Below are positions 51,693-63,999 of a DNA stretch of 64,000 nucleotides, one piece after another. Under the pieces are notes generated by a model that saw only the letters and a list, made by a program, of their open reading frames with translations, was not told where the DNA came from and did no database searches. Position numbers and translations under genes: made by a program. Source of the DNA: Zygnema circumcarinatum SAG 698-1b (Eukaryota > Plantae > Zygnematophyceae); contig CM074805.1 of the NCBI GenBank assembly GCA_037447605.1, positions 898,062 to 962,061 of the forward strand. Direction: 5' to 3'. Numbering within the stretch: position 1 is the first letter of the stretch; every line of letters starts with the position of its first letter.

Positions 51693-54600
51693 ATGGAGGA
51701 GCCTTCAGGAGAGTTGCAACTTAACGAGATGCTGGCGCTGCTAAAAGCGAAAGACGATGAGATTTGCAGGTCGGCCGCATGTTCTCAAGTGGAAGGGTCG
51801 GCACAGCAAAGTGACTCCCTTACTGCTGACGTTTTGTCTCTCATATTCTTGAAGCTCGGCCAGCTGCCAGGAGTCGATGTTCTACGCGCCATGGCTGTTT
51901 GCAAGCAGTGGCGAGCGGTGGCAGTGTCGGAGCCGAATCTATGGACAAATCTGGACTTCAGCAGTTTTCCAGGAGTCCAGGCATGCATCATATTGCCTGG
52001 CCTCTATGAAAGGTTCCACATAGGATATGGAAGCATGCAACACTATGGCATTTTTTTTTACTTAATGCCAGACAGATTGACTTCATTTCTTTAATTGCGT
52101 GTCCTTCCAATTCCGCATTGATCTTGCATTACCTTACAATGCATTGAAGGATATAAGGGCAAGGTTCGTCGTCATGTAAACAAGTAGGATGTATCGTTTT
52201 GAATTTGCTGTTTTTGCTGAGCTTTAACGACCCTTAAGGGATTACGAAGCGGAGTCTTCTTGTTGGCGAATTCTGACAGCAAAGTTTTTCACTCGCGCTC
52301 TTCAGGACAACGATGTCGTGCGAGTGGTTCGAAGGGCACATGGTACGTCATTCTGCCGGCGGAGATGGTTTTCCTCGTTTGCTTGAACCCAGGCCTCTTT
52401 TGACGTATTTTCTGGATTGTAGCACCATGCACCCGAGAGATTTCTAGCTTACCATATCAGAGCGTGAAGGGTGATAGAGCAGGGAAAGCGCTTCCTCTCT
52501 CATTGACTTAGTTGTTGTGTACATGCTCAAAGTTAGTGTTGTGGTTCCGACGATGATTTCCCTTAGGTTTTGTACGTTTTCCCTCAGCCTTATCTGTATG
52601 TGTAAATTGTGCAGGTTGTGTGACGTTCTTCTCTATAAAGAGCTGTAACTTTGTTACAGACACTGCCCTTGAGGCCCTTCATGGCTGTCTGCATTTGGAG
52701 GAAGTGCATGCCGGCAGCAATCAGGTTACTGGTGCAGGTGTCCTCTCCCTTGTGACTGGCTTGAAAGAAGCAAAGAAAGGCCTTCCTGTGGTTGAAACTG
52801 CTTCGAATTCGCTGGAGGGCTTTCCTTCAAATATAGCTGAGAGTGAAACATGTGAGAACCTTCAGGGTATTCCCGGCCCTAGCGCCCAACAACCGTTTAT
52901 GAATGGGAATGAGGGTCTAGACGCTAACATTGGTGCTTCAACCACACGGTCAATGTCGAGGAGGCTGCGGTTTTCCGACCAATACTCCGATAGTGAGAGA
53001 AAAATGGGTGAAGCTGCAGACTTAGTTGACGATAAGGATGAAGAAGAGAGCAATTTGTTTGAAGGTAGTGGTAGTTTTAGGGCCGAATCACAGCTTGTGC
53101 TAGCTTTGGTGAACCGGCGGAGAGAGATACGTGAAAAACGATCCAGGAAAATCCGCAAACTGGAAGCTGAAGACGAGGAAAGGAAACTTCACCACCTTCA
53201 GCTGGAGTTGCTGCAGTTGCAAATGGAGGCAGGGGACTATGATGATGAAGAAGAAGACCCGCCTCAAGATGATGAAGATATCTGCAGTGAAGAGGATGGT
53301 GTCGTTGAGTCAGAGTGCAGCTACAGTAGTCCCCTTGAGCATTTTGCAATTGGAGAAGCTGGGGAAGCACGAGTTTGCGGCTTAACTGAAGATCCAATGG
53401 ACAGGGAGCAGGATGAAAGACATACAAAAAGCTCAAGGCCAAACAAGTCTAGTAGTCTAGTAGAGGAACTCCAAAAGAGCACCTTGGAGGAGGACGAAGA
53501 TTGCAAATTTACTGGGCATCCTGCTTCGTCCAAGATGACTGATGTGGGGAAGGTGGATTTATTAAAGGATTTGTCGTCTCGCTCGGAAGGAAGGTTGCCA
53601 GCGAAGGCAGCGGGTCAGGTGAGGTCAGAAAGCATGGTAATAGAGAGCCAGATTGGGGGATCTTCTCGCGTAGGAGGCGGCTCTTTAAGCAGAGACGCAC
53701 CGAGCCGAAGGATTGACTATTTGACTGTAGGAGACGGTGCTTCATCTAGTTGGAGTACGGATATGGAGGGAGAAGCACCTGCGTTGGAAAGTACGACCAA
53801 TGCTTATCTAGAAGGAACCGCAAATGCACTGGAAGGATCGGTTTTCGTTCGAGCCAAGTAATTCAGCACTTCCTTTCGACTGAAGGCCTATTTTTTGTGA
53901 ATACAATGCCTATTTGCTAAGCTTTGGACGCACAGAGTGCTTTATGAATCCTTCTCTGCAATTAAGTCTGTCCAGTTCCCAATTTGCAGCTTCGACGAAA
54001 TGATGCAGCAACTCTTCATTTGTTCCAATTTCTATTTTCTTTTCTGTACATATTATACTCTGCTAGATTCTTTTGGTTCATCACTCTTGGTCAACTGCAG
54101 TCATTCGTGTGGAAGAGCTTTGGAGTTCTTAACGCTCGTGTTGTCTCATGTACTCGTTCTTCCAGGCTGCCTTTGGAGAGACCGGCTTTAAGGAAGCTGT
54201 GGCTAGATGGAATCTCCCATATGACTGCGCATCAACATGAAATAATTAGGTCGCTGGTCGGATGGATAGATGGCGGCTGCTGCAAACAGTGTAAGGAGGT
54301 GCACGTCCTGCAGCACTGCATGCACTGCGAGAATAATTTTTGCTCCGTTTGTCGCGAATCTGCGCAGGTAAGATTGATGCCCTTTTCTACAGTCCTTTCT
54401 TGGTCGTCTGCTCTAAATGGTTTGGTATTGCTTCTGAGCGCATCTCTTGACCTCTCCTCCCTCTCTCCCCCACCCCCCTCTCTCAGTCTCTCTCTTGACT
54501 CCGTATACCTCCTGTTGATTCTTTCCTCGTTCAAACAGTAAGGCTATGTTTCCTCTGTCGACTGTCGATTATTTTCCTGTTCCTAATAAAAATGGACCTC

Positions 54601-55256
54601 GTGTTGAGTCAGAAAATCTACCTTGTTTCCTGATTCTCCAGTGATGAGTTGCTTTCCCCCTGCAGTGCGGAAAGTTGTTGTGCATGTGCTGACATCTTGG
54701 GAGGGTGGCCACACGGCAGTGTGCAGAGTGCGGCACATCCTCCTGCCGCCAAGCGCCCTGCCCTCCAATCACAACCTGCCAGGCGTGCGGAGAGGGCTTC
54801 TGCAGAACCTGTCGCATTATTTGGTGAGTATGAGATTCAAAGGCCTGCCTTTCCAATCATTTTTGTCCTTCTACGAATGAGAGGACGAGAGACGGTGTGT
54901 CTGTGTGTGAGGGAGGGCGAGGGAGTGGGAGTGGGAGCGGGAGCGAGGGAGGAGTTGGGGAGGGGGCGAGAGGCGAGGGGCGAGGGGGGGGGGGGGGGAA
55001 GAGGGGCGCGAGGTCGGGGGAGAGGAGGGGGAGAAAGGAGGGAGAGTGGGGGGAAGAGGACTCGCAAGTGATTGATTTCGTTGTGCTGCGGTTTCTGGTG
55101 ATTTGCAGGGAATGTGAAGCGTGCTGCAGGGCCTTCTGCGAGTCTCACCTCCGCTTCACCCAGTTCTGCGGCATAAGCCTTCAGTACTGCGAAACGTGCG
55201 TGTCCAACAACAAGCTGAGGATGCGCTTCTGGTCGTGCATCGGCTGCATGGGGTAG
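51693..55256 (+). CDS. F-box/LRR protein with a Cys-rich C-terminus (SKIP14/SKIP28-like), 6 exons, ~673 aa (51693-51980, 52306-52342, 52615-53857, 54166-54367, 54720-54823, 55109-55256)
   Basis: F-box LTADVLSLIFLKL...AVCKQWRAVA...LW; LRR-like SIKSCNFVTD and LRKLWLDGI; multiple CxxC pairs. Intron 1 needs a GC donor. Confidence 0.8.
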
Positions 55257-56515
55257 CTAAGGAGGGACGTGGTTCTCACAGCACGGCAAAAGCCGATGTA
55301 CTGATACCTCTCCAGTCCAAATGCATTCGCTCTGTGTGCACCCACGGGTTGCTATAGTTGTCCTGTACAGGTTCCTTTCTTGGGCCGATAAATTGAGCAA
55401 AGGCCTGGTCTCATGTGAGCTGTTCAAATCCAGCGGGCCGCCAGTGGTGGTGGCGCTTGTTACTGGCCTCTTTGCGGGCGGTGACCGGTGATGTCAGCCA
55501 ACGTGTTTTTACCACGGAAAGGGGCTGTTAGTGCGGCTATCAAGTTTGAGGGGAGTATGCCAGGAAGAGTACGGATTTTGGAGGGGATGAGAATGGAGGG
55601 AGGAGCTCATTAGGAAGGATTACTACGGAGTGGGGGCTCTTCCAGAATCCTCATTAGTGAGGTCCTATTCCAATGTTCAATCAATCTTTCCAAGAAGTCA
55701 GCCCATTCTACTCAATTGGAGTCAGCTGCCGCCTCGTCTCCTTTCAGCTTTCCCCACCTTCAAGCCAAAATGGATTTTTACACAAAAAAAAACTATATTT
55801 TTTGTAGCTTTAGTGAGCGAAGGGCTTAGGGAAAAAAACTGACTGATTTTCTGTTTTTTAAGGGTTCGGTGTCACGTTCACACCCCACCATTGTACGAAA
55901 GACATAATTCCACTTGTGATCAATCTGTCAACCGCGCATCTCACGAGGGAGAGAAATGTGAAAATGGGGAAAGGATGTGAAGTGCAATAGTTCCTCTGAT
56001 CTCATCATTCTCTATTTAAAAACTATCTTGAATTACGAGAACCAAAAATACGAAAGACGGGAGAACGAAGTTCAAGAGTGATGGCTTTTCCAATCATATC
56101 GTTCTCTGGCCAAAAACAATATCGATTCACTAGGATCAACAATAGAAAAAAGGGGAAGAAAGTTCAACTGCCGTGGTTCCGCCAATCGCATCATTCTCTG
56201 GTAAAAAAAAAAATATTGTACACAGGCTAATCCCACATCCCAACCACGACCAATATTACACCATGCCTGTGGGATAGACCATGCCAAGAGTGCCTCTCCC
56301 GCTATTCTCCTCGACTCCCTCTCTCTCCGCGCCACCTCCCTCTTCAACTCTTCCCCCTCGCTCCCCCCCCCCCAAACCTCCCCCATTCCCTATTCGAACT
56401 AGAATAAGAGCCCCCTCTCTCCTACTCTCCTCCCATACCCAGCCCAGTTGGCATCCGATGTATGTAGGGAAGGCAACTTCCTCACAGCCTATTCAGTGTT
56501 GCAGGCCGTCTCGTC

Positions 56516-59500
56516 TCAATCCTTACTCTGGCGGAGGCCCCTATAGGAACCACCTTGGACTGACTGCTTACAGCCAACCATGAAGGAGGGTACGAGCACC
56601 ATGCTGGGAATAAGGTGGGCCGCTCCTCCTGCATCCGCTTTCTCCGGCTCCGCCTTGCTCTTTGACACCACCTCCACGGTCCCTTTGCTAGTGGTTTCAG
56701 TCACCTCAGAAGCACTTCCACGAGTGAAGTCCCCTGACCCTTCTCCTGTCGACCTCAGAGGGGGCGGTGAGAAGCTGTGAGGCCGCTGCAGCCTCCCCTC
56801 TGAGGGGCTGTCCAGAGCCTGAACAGTGAGAGAAGAGACCGCCTCAGCGACACTGCTTGCTCCCTCCTTGGACATCAGCTCGTTCAAATGGGAGGAGGTC
56901 AACATTCTCAATTGAGAATGTTGAATTCCAGCCTCTGACCAGCTGCCATGTGTCATCGGTAATGGCTTTTGGGCTCCAAGCCCTCGGCCTGTCTGCATGT
57001 TGTTCCCAAGTTGAGACCCACAGTTGGTCATTTTTGCGAACCCTTCGAGGAAGGAGTGGGGTCCGCTAATGGCTTCCTGTAAAGAGGAGCCCTCTTGGCA
57101 GGTCCCGTGAAGCCCACTTTGTGACGTATGAGGTGATGTGTTGTAAAGGTTAGACATGGGAAAGGAAAGGGAGGGAGTGGGAGGCCCCCATTGACTAGCG
57201 ATAGGAGGGAGTCGGGCCTCCAGGGGGACTGAAGGTAGATGCTGCTGACAGAATTGAGACTTCGCTGATTGCTGGACAGCATACTGATGAGAAGGTTGCA
57301 AAAAACGATTCCCAAGTCTTAAATCGAATTTTCCCACAGATCGATCCCAATTAGTGGAAGCAGAGTTCTGCTGCAGGAGAGGGGCTAAAGGGGGCATTTT
57401 CCCCGGCAGGATGAAGGGGAGGGCGTGGGGACGGAGAAAGCTTTGTGGACCTGTTGAAGAAGAAAAATGCGGTTGAGGAGAAGGAGAATTTTGTGGTCCT
57501 TTTCCTACACCTCCTCGCCCCCCTCGCTGGGCTGTGCTTCCAGCTGCCTTTCCCTTCACAGGAGTAGCCTTTGAGGGCCCTTTCTTCTGAGAGCCGACGG
57601 AATTTCTGCGTGTCGGTGCAGAGGGACGGTCTGCCAACCGCTGCCGAACCAAAGGTTGAATTTTGCCCTTTTTCTGAAGCAAAGGGTCTGCCGGATTTGG
57701 AGGAGCCTCTCTGCTTTTCGGCATCAGACTCGCCGCCACGATCGCTGAGTATTCTGCTCTGAGCTGCTCTGCCAGCTTTGAACCCTCCGACTGGAGGTTC
57801 ATATCCGCGGCTAAAGACGTGTCCAGACAAGTGGGGTTCAGGGAGAAGCTTCTCTCTCGCTGTTCCTCTCCCGTTCCCACACCATCTACTGTTCCTGCTG
57901 TGCTTCGTTCTGAAGCCGCCATGGCTCCTAACTCCCCCTTCACACCGACAGCTTCTACTTTTACGCTTGTCCCGAGGAGGGCCATGGGACTCCTACCATG
58001 GGAAATACTCGCATTCAGAAAGTCGGTGGGCCAGTTCGCTCCTTCACAGTGCGTGACAGCGCTTGGCCTTCCCTCCTCCGCCTGCTTTAGGGTTGCAGTC
58101 AAAAAGCCTACTCTTTGAAAAACATTGTTGCTCTGCTCCACCATGAGGTGATGCGTGGTACATAATCCCGATTTCGCACGAGCGAACTTCCCACATGGCA
58201 ATTGTCCCGGTTGGGCCACCCAAGGGCACCTCTTCCCTCCTCCGTGGCTCTGCATTCCAAAGCGACGACAAATCAGAAAAAGGGAAGTTGTTTCTCCCCT
58301 CCTCCCTGCTAATTCTCCTTCCATAACAAAAGAATTGTAAGCCCCATACAAACAGAGCTCCCAAGCCCCCCACCACGTTTTCCAACGACAACCAAACCAG
58401 AAACCCACTCCCCAAAAATGGCCATAATCCTCACACATCCCCTTCCCCTTCAAGCCCTACTTCCATAGCCTCCCCTCCCCTCCCTCACCTTGCAATAGTT
58501 GGTGCTTCCCTGAGCACTCTTACTGCAATCCGGCGCAGCGCACCGCCTCCCTCCCCCGTGCCTCACGCAGTAGCTCGTCCTCCCTCTCGCACTCTTCCCA
58601 CACCCATCAAAGCTGCAACGCTTTCCCCCCCCATGGGCCACACAGAAGCGAGTCCCGGAATGGACGCTTTTTCCACACAGCCCTCCCCCTCCAAACTCGC
58701 ACCTCCTCCCTCCCCCATGGCCCTTACACAGTGGAGGGTCCCCCTTCCCTTCTGCTCCTTTCCGGCAGCCCGCCACATAGCATCTCCTCCCCCCCCCATG
58801 CGCTTTGCATAGAGACGTACCGCCCTGAGCTGACTTCGTACAGTCCGGAAACTGACACCTCTTCCCTCCTCCATGGGATATGCACCTCCCTGTCAGCCCT
58901 TCTGCGCTTTTCGTGCATCCTTCCGCCGTACATCTCTTTCCGCCTCCATGGCGGATGCAGTGGTCGGTGCCCCCCCGAGCCGACCTCTGACAGCCCTCCA
59001 CAGCGCACCTTTTTCCCCCTCCATGAGCAATACAAAAGCTCGTTCTTCCCTCCGCACTTTTCTTACAGTTGTCGAAACTGCACCGTTTCCCCCCTCCGTG
59101 CCCTTTGCAGAAGTCTGTCCTCCCTTCCGCCCCCTTCGTGCACCCCTCAGACACGCATCTCCTCCCTCCCCCATGGCCTATGCACAGCCCAGAAGGGCCT
59201 CTCGCTCCCTTCGTGCACTCCTCAACTCTACATATCTTCAGAGGAAGCTTCCTCGGAAGCAGTCCTCCTCCTCCCCCACTCCCATCCAGTCCTTCCGAAA
59301 CAAAGTCTTCCTCGTCCAACAGAGGCCTCCTCTCTTCTTCTTCCTGTTCCTCCCGTTTGGCAGAAGTTTCTCGAGTGAGAAAAAAATGGTTTGAAGGAAT
59401 CAACTTGTCTGCGTTTTTCGGAGTCGGCAGCAATTCCTCCACGCACTCGTCCCACAATTCTGCTCCCTCGCTCGTTCCCGCGTTCATCCCAAAACTCTCC

Positions 59501-60735
59501 GATTTTTCCAAACTGTCTCTCAGCTCCAAAAAACCTTCTTCTATTGGTCCCCTTCCTGCCTCCAGTTTCCGCTCTGTTTCCGCATGGAACGTGATCGCTG
59601 ACGTCAGCCCTATGTCTCCAAAGCTGCAGTCTTCCGTCTCACAGTATGGGCCTACTCCCACCTCTCCCACACCTTCTCCTCCCAAACTCCCCACTAAGGG
59701 AGGCTTCAGAATAGGGTCCATATCGAGAACTACCGCTGATCCCAAGCCGGTGAACAAAGAATGATCCAAAGATTCCTCCCCCACTCCTCCCAAATTCCCT
59801 CTCCCTTTCTCCCAGCAGCTCTCACTCAACTCCATGAACTCTGCACTGCCACCTTCATCCCTCCAACTATCCATCCCTCCCAACTGCTCCTCCTGCTCAC
59901 AGAGTCCAAACTGACTCTCCCTTAACCCCCCCATATCCCTCTCCCGCTGTTCTCCCGTTTCAAAAACTTTTCTCTCGAACTCCATTCCACCCCAAAGCTT
60001 CCCCTCAAACATCGACTCTCCCTCCTCTCTTCCCCCTCCCCCCGCTTCTCCCCGTCCCTCCCCTCCCCACACCCCACATGTCTCTCCCTCTATACTGTCG
60101 CCACTCCCACTGCCACTACCGCTCCCTTCTCCCGCTCCAAGAACCAATAAGCTCCTCAGCACTGCACTATACATCCCTCCTTCCGGATGCTTCTTCCCCG
60201 AGGTCGACCCCTCGTCCGCCACCATGGAAAGCATTTCCGCAAAGGGTTGCTGCTGAAGGAGAGGGGAAGGAATCCTAAGGAGGGGCCCATTGAACTCTCC
60301 CGAACCGCCAGCCGTTCCAAGGCCTCCTCCCGCCTCTCCCACTCCCCACATCTCTCCCTTCACTCTCTCACTGCCCACTCTCCGCTTCTTCACCAAACTC
60401 TCTCCCGCCACTTCCCCATGATACCCCTCTCTCTGTCCAAAGTTTTCCACCTCGCCCGGACCCCAACACTCCCCAATTTTCGACTTTCCGCAAATTTCCC
60501 CCACCCTCCACGACCTTCCATCCCTCCCCCCGTCCTCTCCTTCCTCCGTCCGCCAGCTGTCGACCACCGGGCGCTTGAACCCCAGGCCCGCCCCCACGCC
60601 TCCATACGGTGACCTAAAACTAGCGCTAATATGAGAGCTCTCTCCCAACCCTTCCACAGGCACACCCCCTCTCACTCTCCCCTCACAAAGACTCACCGGA
60701 CCCGCGCCTCCTCCCATGTCTCTCTCTCCGCTCAT
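56516..60735 (-). CDS. WRKY19-like zinc-finger repeat protein (11 Cx4Cx(n)Cx2H-GGG repeats), exons 58489-60735 and 56516-58249; possible alternative last exon 56136-56197
   Basis: Repeats such as CTAEGCTKSAEGLTGRCISHGGGKR. The phase-0 GT-AG intron 58250-58488 joins NYCK to SHGGGKRC. Confidence 0.88.
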
Positions 60736-62299
60736 GCCCCCCTCCCTCTCTCTCTCCCTCCCCCTCCTTGCCTTCCTCCCGTCCCCTCCCCCAGTCTCTC
60801 CCTCAGCTGCAGGCTCTTATCCATCCCTAATTTCACTACCGCACCCCTTTCAGAATCTCCAGATAGTAGCAGCTTCTGCGCTACAAAGTGACACGTGTCC
60901 ACGCCTCCCTCCCTCCAAGAAGCGCTTTCAGGGGCTCCACAACCCCACTCCCTCTCTCCGGATCAATGAGCAGCTGACAGGTGTCCGAACGAGAGCGCTT
61001 CAGTAGGGGAGAACGAGAGAAGAGGCGGAGGGCGAATTGGCACCAAACCCTAAAAATCGCACGCAGGGCCGCGTTCAGACGAATCTCAACAGGCAGCAAC
61101 ATGCAGCCATGAATTTTCTCGCTTCAGGGGAAGAAGGAAATGCAAAGGAGGGTTGTACCTCTCTCTACAGATTTGAAAAACGGGAGCACGTGGCGGCACC
61201 TCGCGAGAAAGAGAGCGAAAGAGAGAGGGGGAGAGAGACAGAGACAGGGAGGCCCGGAGGTTTGAACAGCGGTCACTCGCTCCAGTGGGCGCAGCGAGCC
61301 CTTGCGAAGGCTCAAATTTTAGGGCCTCCGTACAGTGTTCAAAAAACTCGATCCATTTAAGAAAAAAATACCGTACGATGGAATTCACACTGACAGAAAC
61401 TTTCCAAGGTAGAGAGACGTCACTATGTCGTCATTTTCACTTGTCTGTTTGTCACTTGCCCGTCGTCGTGACGTATAGCAAAAAACTGAACTTCTCGACA
61501 GCTTTTTTTTTGGGTTCGAAACATTCAAAAAACCGGAAACCAGGTTTCTGGAATTGTCCCCAAAAAGTTTGAGGTTTGCGGCACTGCCCGCCCCTAAGTT
61601 AACCACGCTATTTTTTTTTTTCTTTTTCCGGGCCGAGGACATGACCGGGCGGCGTCCAGACCAAGATTGAAAAATATTTTCCTTTTTTGGTACGGTCAGA
61701 GATTTTTATTACGGTTTTTAGTTTCTTGTTGTTTAGCCGCTCAGTGGGTGCCACGTGGCGATCGACGAGCGCCCTGCAGTGTCGGTTGACAGTTGGCGCC
61801 ACGCGGGACCGGGCGGGTGGGCGGGCAAGCCCGGGGGCTCCCGCATGGCGACAAAAAATCGTACATGTCGGTGCCACCCAGGACCCGCAACCGACAAGCT
61901 GTGCACAGTGAAGGTCGACCACGTGTGCAGCAGCCAATCAGGAGCGGCCGAGGCAGGCGCTGGACCAATCAGAGCCGAGTTTTGACCTCAAGGGAACGCC
62001 GTCACATGATCTCAGTTCCAAAAATCAGATAAATGTGGATCAATTTGATTGGCTGAAATCGTGTCACGTAGCGGCGGCATATCGGACGGCTACAGAGCAA
62101 AGCAGGAAAAGGTAGGGTCGTTAGTCCTTTTTTGTCGACTACTGGAATATTTTTTGTCGTTTATGGATCGAGATCCTAAATGACAGATGTGCCCTGTCGT
62201 TTAGATGAAGGTCAAATCGTGTCGTTTTCTGTTCGTACAAGGCGACGCGGTGTTTTCTAAAGGACAATTTGTTGACAGTTTTGTCTTTTAGGAAGTGGA

Positions 62300-63201
62300 C
62301 TCATTAAGTAAAGTTCCCTGACTTGAAGATACGATTTTGAGGCAAAGGATGGGGCATGGACCTCGCGCATGGCGATGATGCCATCACATGTGCATGGCCA
62401 ACATGAGCATGGGGAAGGAACCACGGGGAACTGGTCGCGAAGGACCTTAGGGCAGAAGTAGAAGGCGAGGAGCGGAAAGCCACGCCTCGGCTCAACACCG
62501 CCTCAAGCCCTCCCTCGAAGCAACCGCACGGTCACAATCGCGCGGAGGGAGGGGAGGGAGGGAGCGGCGGCACAGCACGGTCACCACCAACCCGCCGCAG
62601 CTTCACGCCGAAGGAGCGGAGCGGAGAAGCGAGGAAGAGGGCACCGCTGAAGGGCAGACGACGGACATGCGCTGGCGATAAAAAGTGGCGAGGATCGATC
62701 GGCGGAGGAGGAGGAGAGGAGCGCTTCCTTCCTTCCGGGGCCGTGCGCGCATCTCCGCGGAGCGAGCGATGGGCGCACTGGCCAAGGACGGACGGCATAC
62801 AAACGGGCGTCGACGCAACAGCCATGGGAACAAACTCGTCGGCCGCGTCACGTCACGGTGGGCATATGCGCGCTCCTTGTAAAGGGCCGCATCGCGAGCA
62901 GCCCCGCCTTCCACGTGTCAGATCGGTCAACAACATCCCAAAAATGCGGCGAGCATCGTCCATGAGTGAGGGCCAAATCAGGGCAAACTCCGCGCTTGCC
63001 ACAAACAGTCGGTCGAGGAGGAGTAAAGTCGGCCTCGTATGTCGCCGCAGCAATGGCGTCGTGCACAACATTATGAGCCAAAATGCATTCCCAACCATGC
63101 GCGCATCGAAGGAGATGGACGCCCTCCTGCACGTCGATCAAATCACCACAAACACAACAAGGAAAACCTTGCAATCGGGGGAGTCAGACCTTGACCATCG
63201 C
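62300..63201 (-). mobile_element. Decayed 3' end of an RLE-type (CRE/R2-like) non-LTR retrotransposon
   Basis: Frameshifted peptides CCVCG..D..GVHLLRCAHG...AHNVVHDAI (CCHC finger plus RH[N/D] motif), RGVCPDLAL (PD motif), GAARDAALYKERAY and EFVPMAVA, in the canonical order of RLE-element C-termini. Confidence 0.65.
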
Positions 63202-63312
63202 TTACGAAATTCCCGAATTCCTTATACTGAAAGTCACTTCTTTTGTGTACGAATTCCGAGTCGGGATCAGCGGCTCCGCTGCACCCAGCCGTGCCGAAAT
63301 GCGCACCTAGCC

Positions 63313-63352
63313 AATACTTAATACTTAATACTTAATTTAATTCAATACTTAA
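63313..63352. repeat. (AATACTT)n short tandem repeat
   Basis: Directly visible. Confidence 0.85.
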
Positions 63353-63682
63353 TTGTTTTGGCGATGGTCAAGGTCCGACTCCCCCTAATATAGCAAATTG
63401 CTCTAGTGGGCTAAACACCATGATCAATTTTCGTTTTCTAAGTATGCGCAAGCGCCACGCGGGAGGGAATGAACAAAGTCTACTAACTGTTAGGTGAGTA
63501 CAAACCTAGCTGACTTTGTACTAAACACTGACCGCTCTGCTTTCTAGTGTAAGTTGGTGCAGAGTGCTCTATTGTCTGGGTTGGTTATTGCGGCCTACGC
63601 ACCTTATTAGTAGCGCAGCCTGTTGATTAGTTCCACGCAGCCGATAAGCTGCGCTTGCTCACGAAGCTAGGGTGACCAGAGG

Positions 63683-63974
63683 GCGACCGAAGGGAGCAAG
63701 AGCGCAGCGAGCGCAGCGACCGAAGGGAGCAAGAGCGCAGCGAGCGCAGCGACCGTAGGGAGCTCGCGAGCGCGGCGCTCACTGCGTTCGCTTGTTTCAC
63801 CGTGACCCTCGGGAGCAGAAAATAGAGTAGCGCGGCGCTCACTGCGTTCGCTTGTTTCACCGTGAGCGAGCTTGTTTCACGTGAAAACAAGCTACCGAAG
63901 GGTGACGAAGTCACTGGCGACCGAAGGGTGACCAGAGGGAACAAGCGACCGAAGGGTGAGCGCAGCGAACAGGC
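63683..63974. repeat. Complex GC-rich repeat cluster next to the assembly gap
   Basis: 33-bp tandem x2.4 (63683-63763), 37-bp direct repeat (63769-63805 and 63829-63865), palindrome at 63869-63893, and recurring GACCGAAGGG. Confidence 0.9.
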
Positions 63975-63999
63975 NNNNNNNNNNNNNNNNNNNNNNNNN
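63975..63999. other. Assembly gap (25 N)
   Basis: Run of N. Confidence 1.

Noticed and set aside
54666-54719. Apparent premature TGA in F-box exon 5
   Set aside because: A downstream acceptor (cacggcag|, exon start 54720) with a TGCTGAC branch site restores the Cys-rich frame.
58558-60612. Multiple plus-strand ORFs overlapping the WRKY19-like gene
   Set aside because: Antisense shadows of a GC/purine-biased coding strand.
63700-63750. Cloning-vector (ColE1/pUC) contamination suggested by GAGCGCAGCGAG
   Set aside because: Only a 12-mer matches from memory. The surrounding sequence is not vector and is arranged as native repeats.
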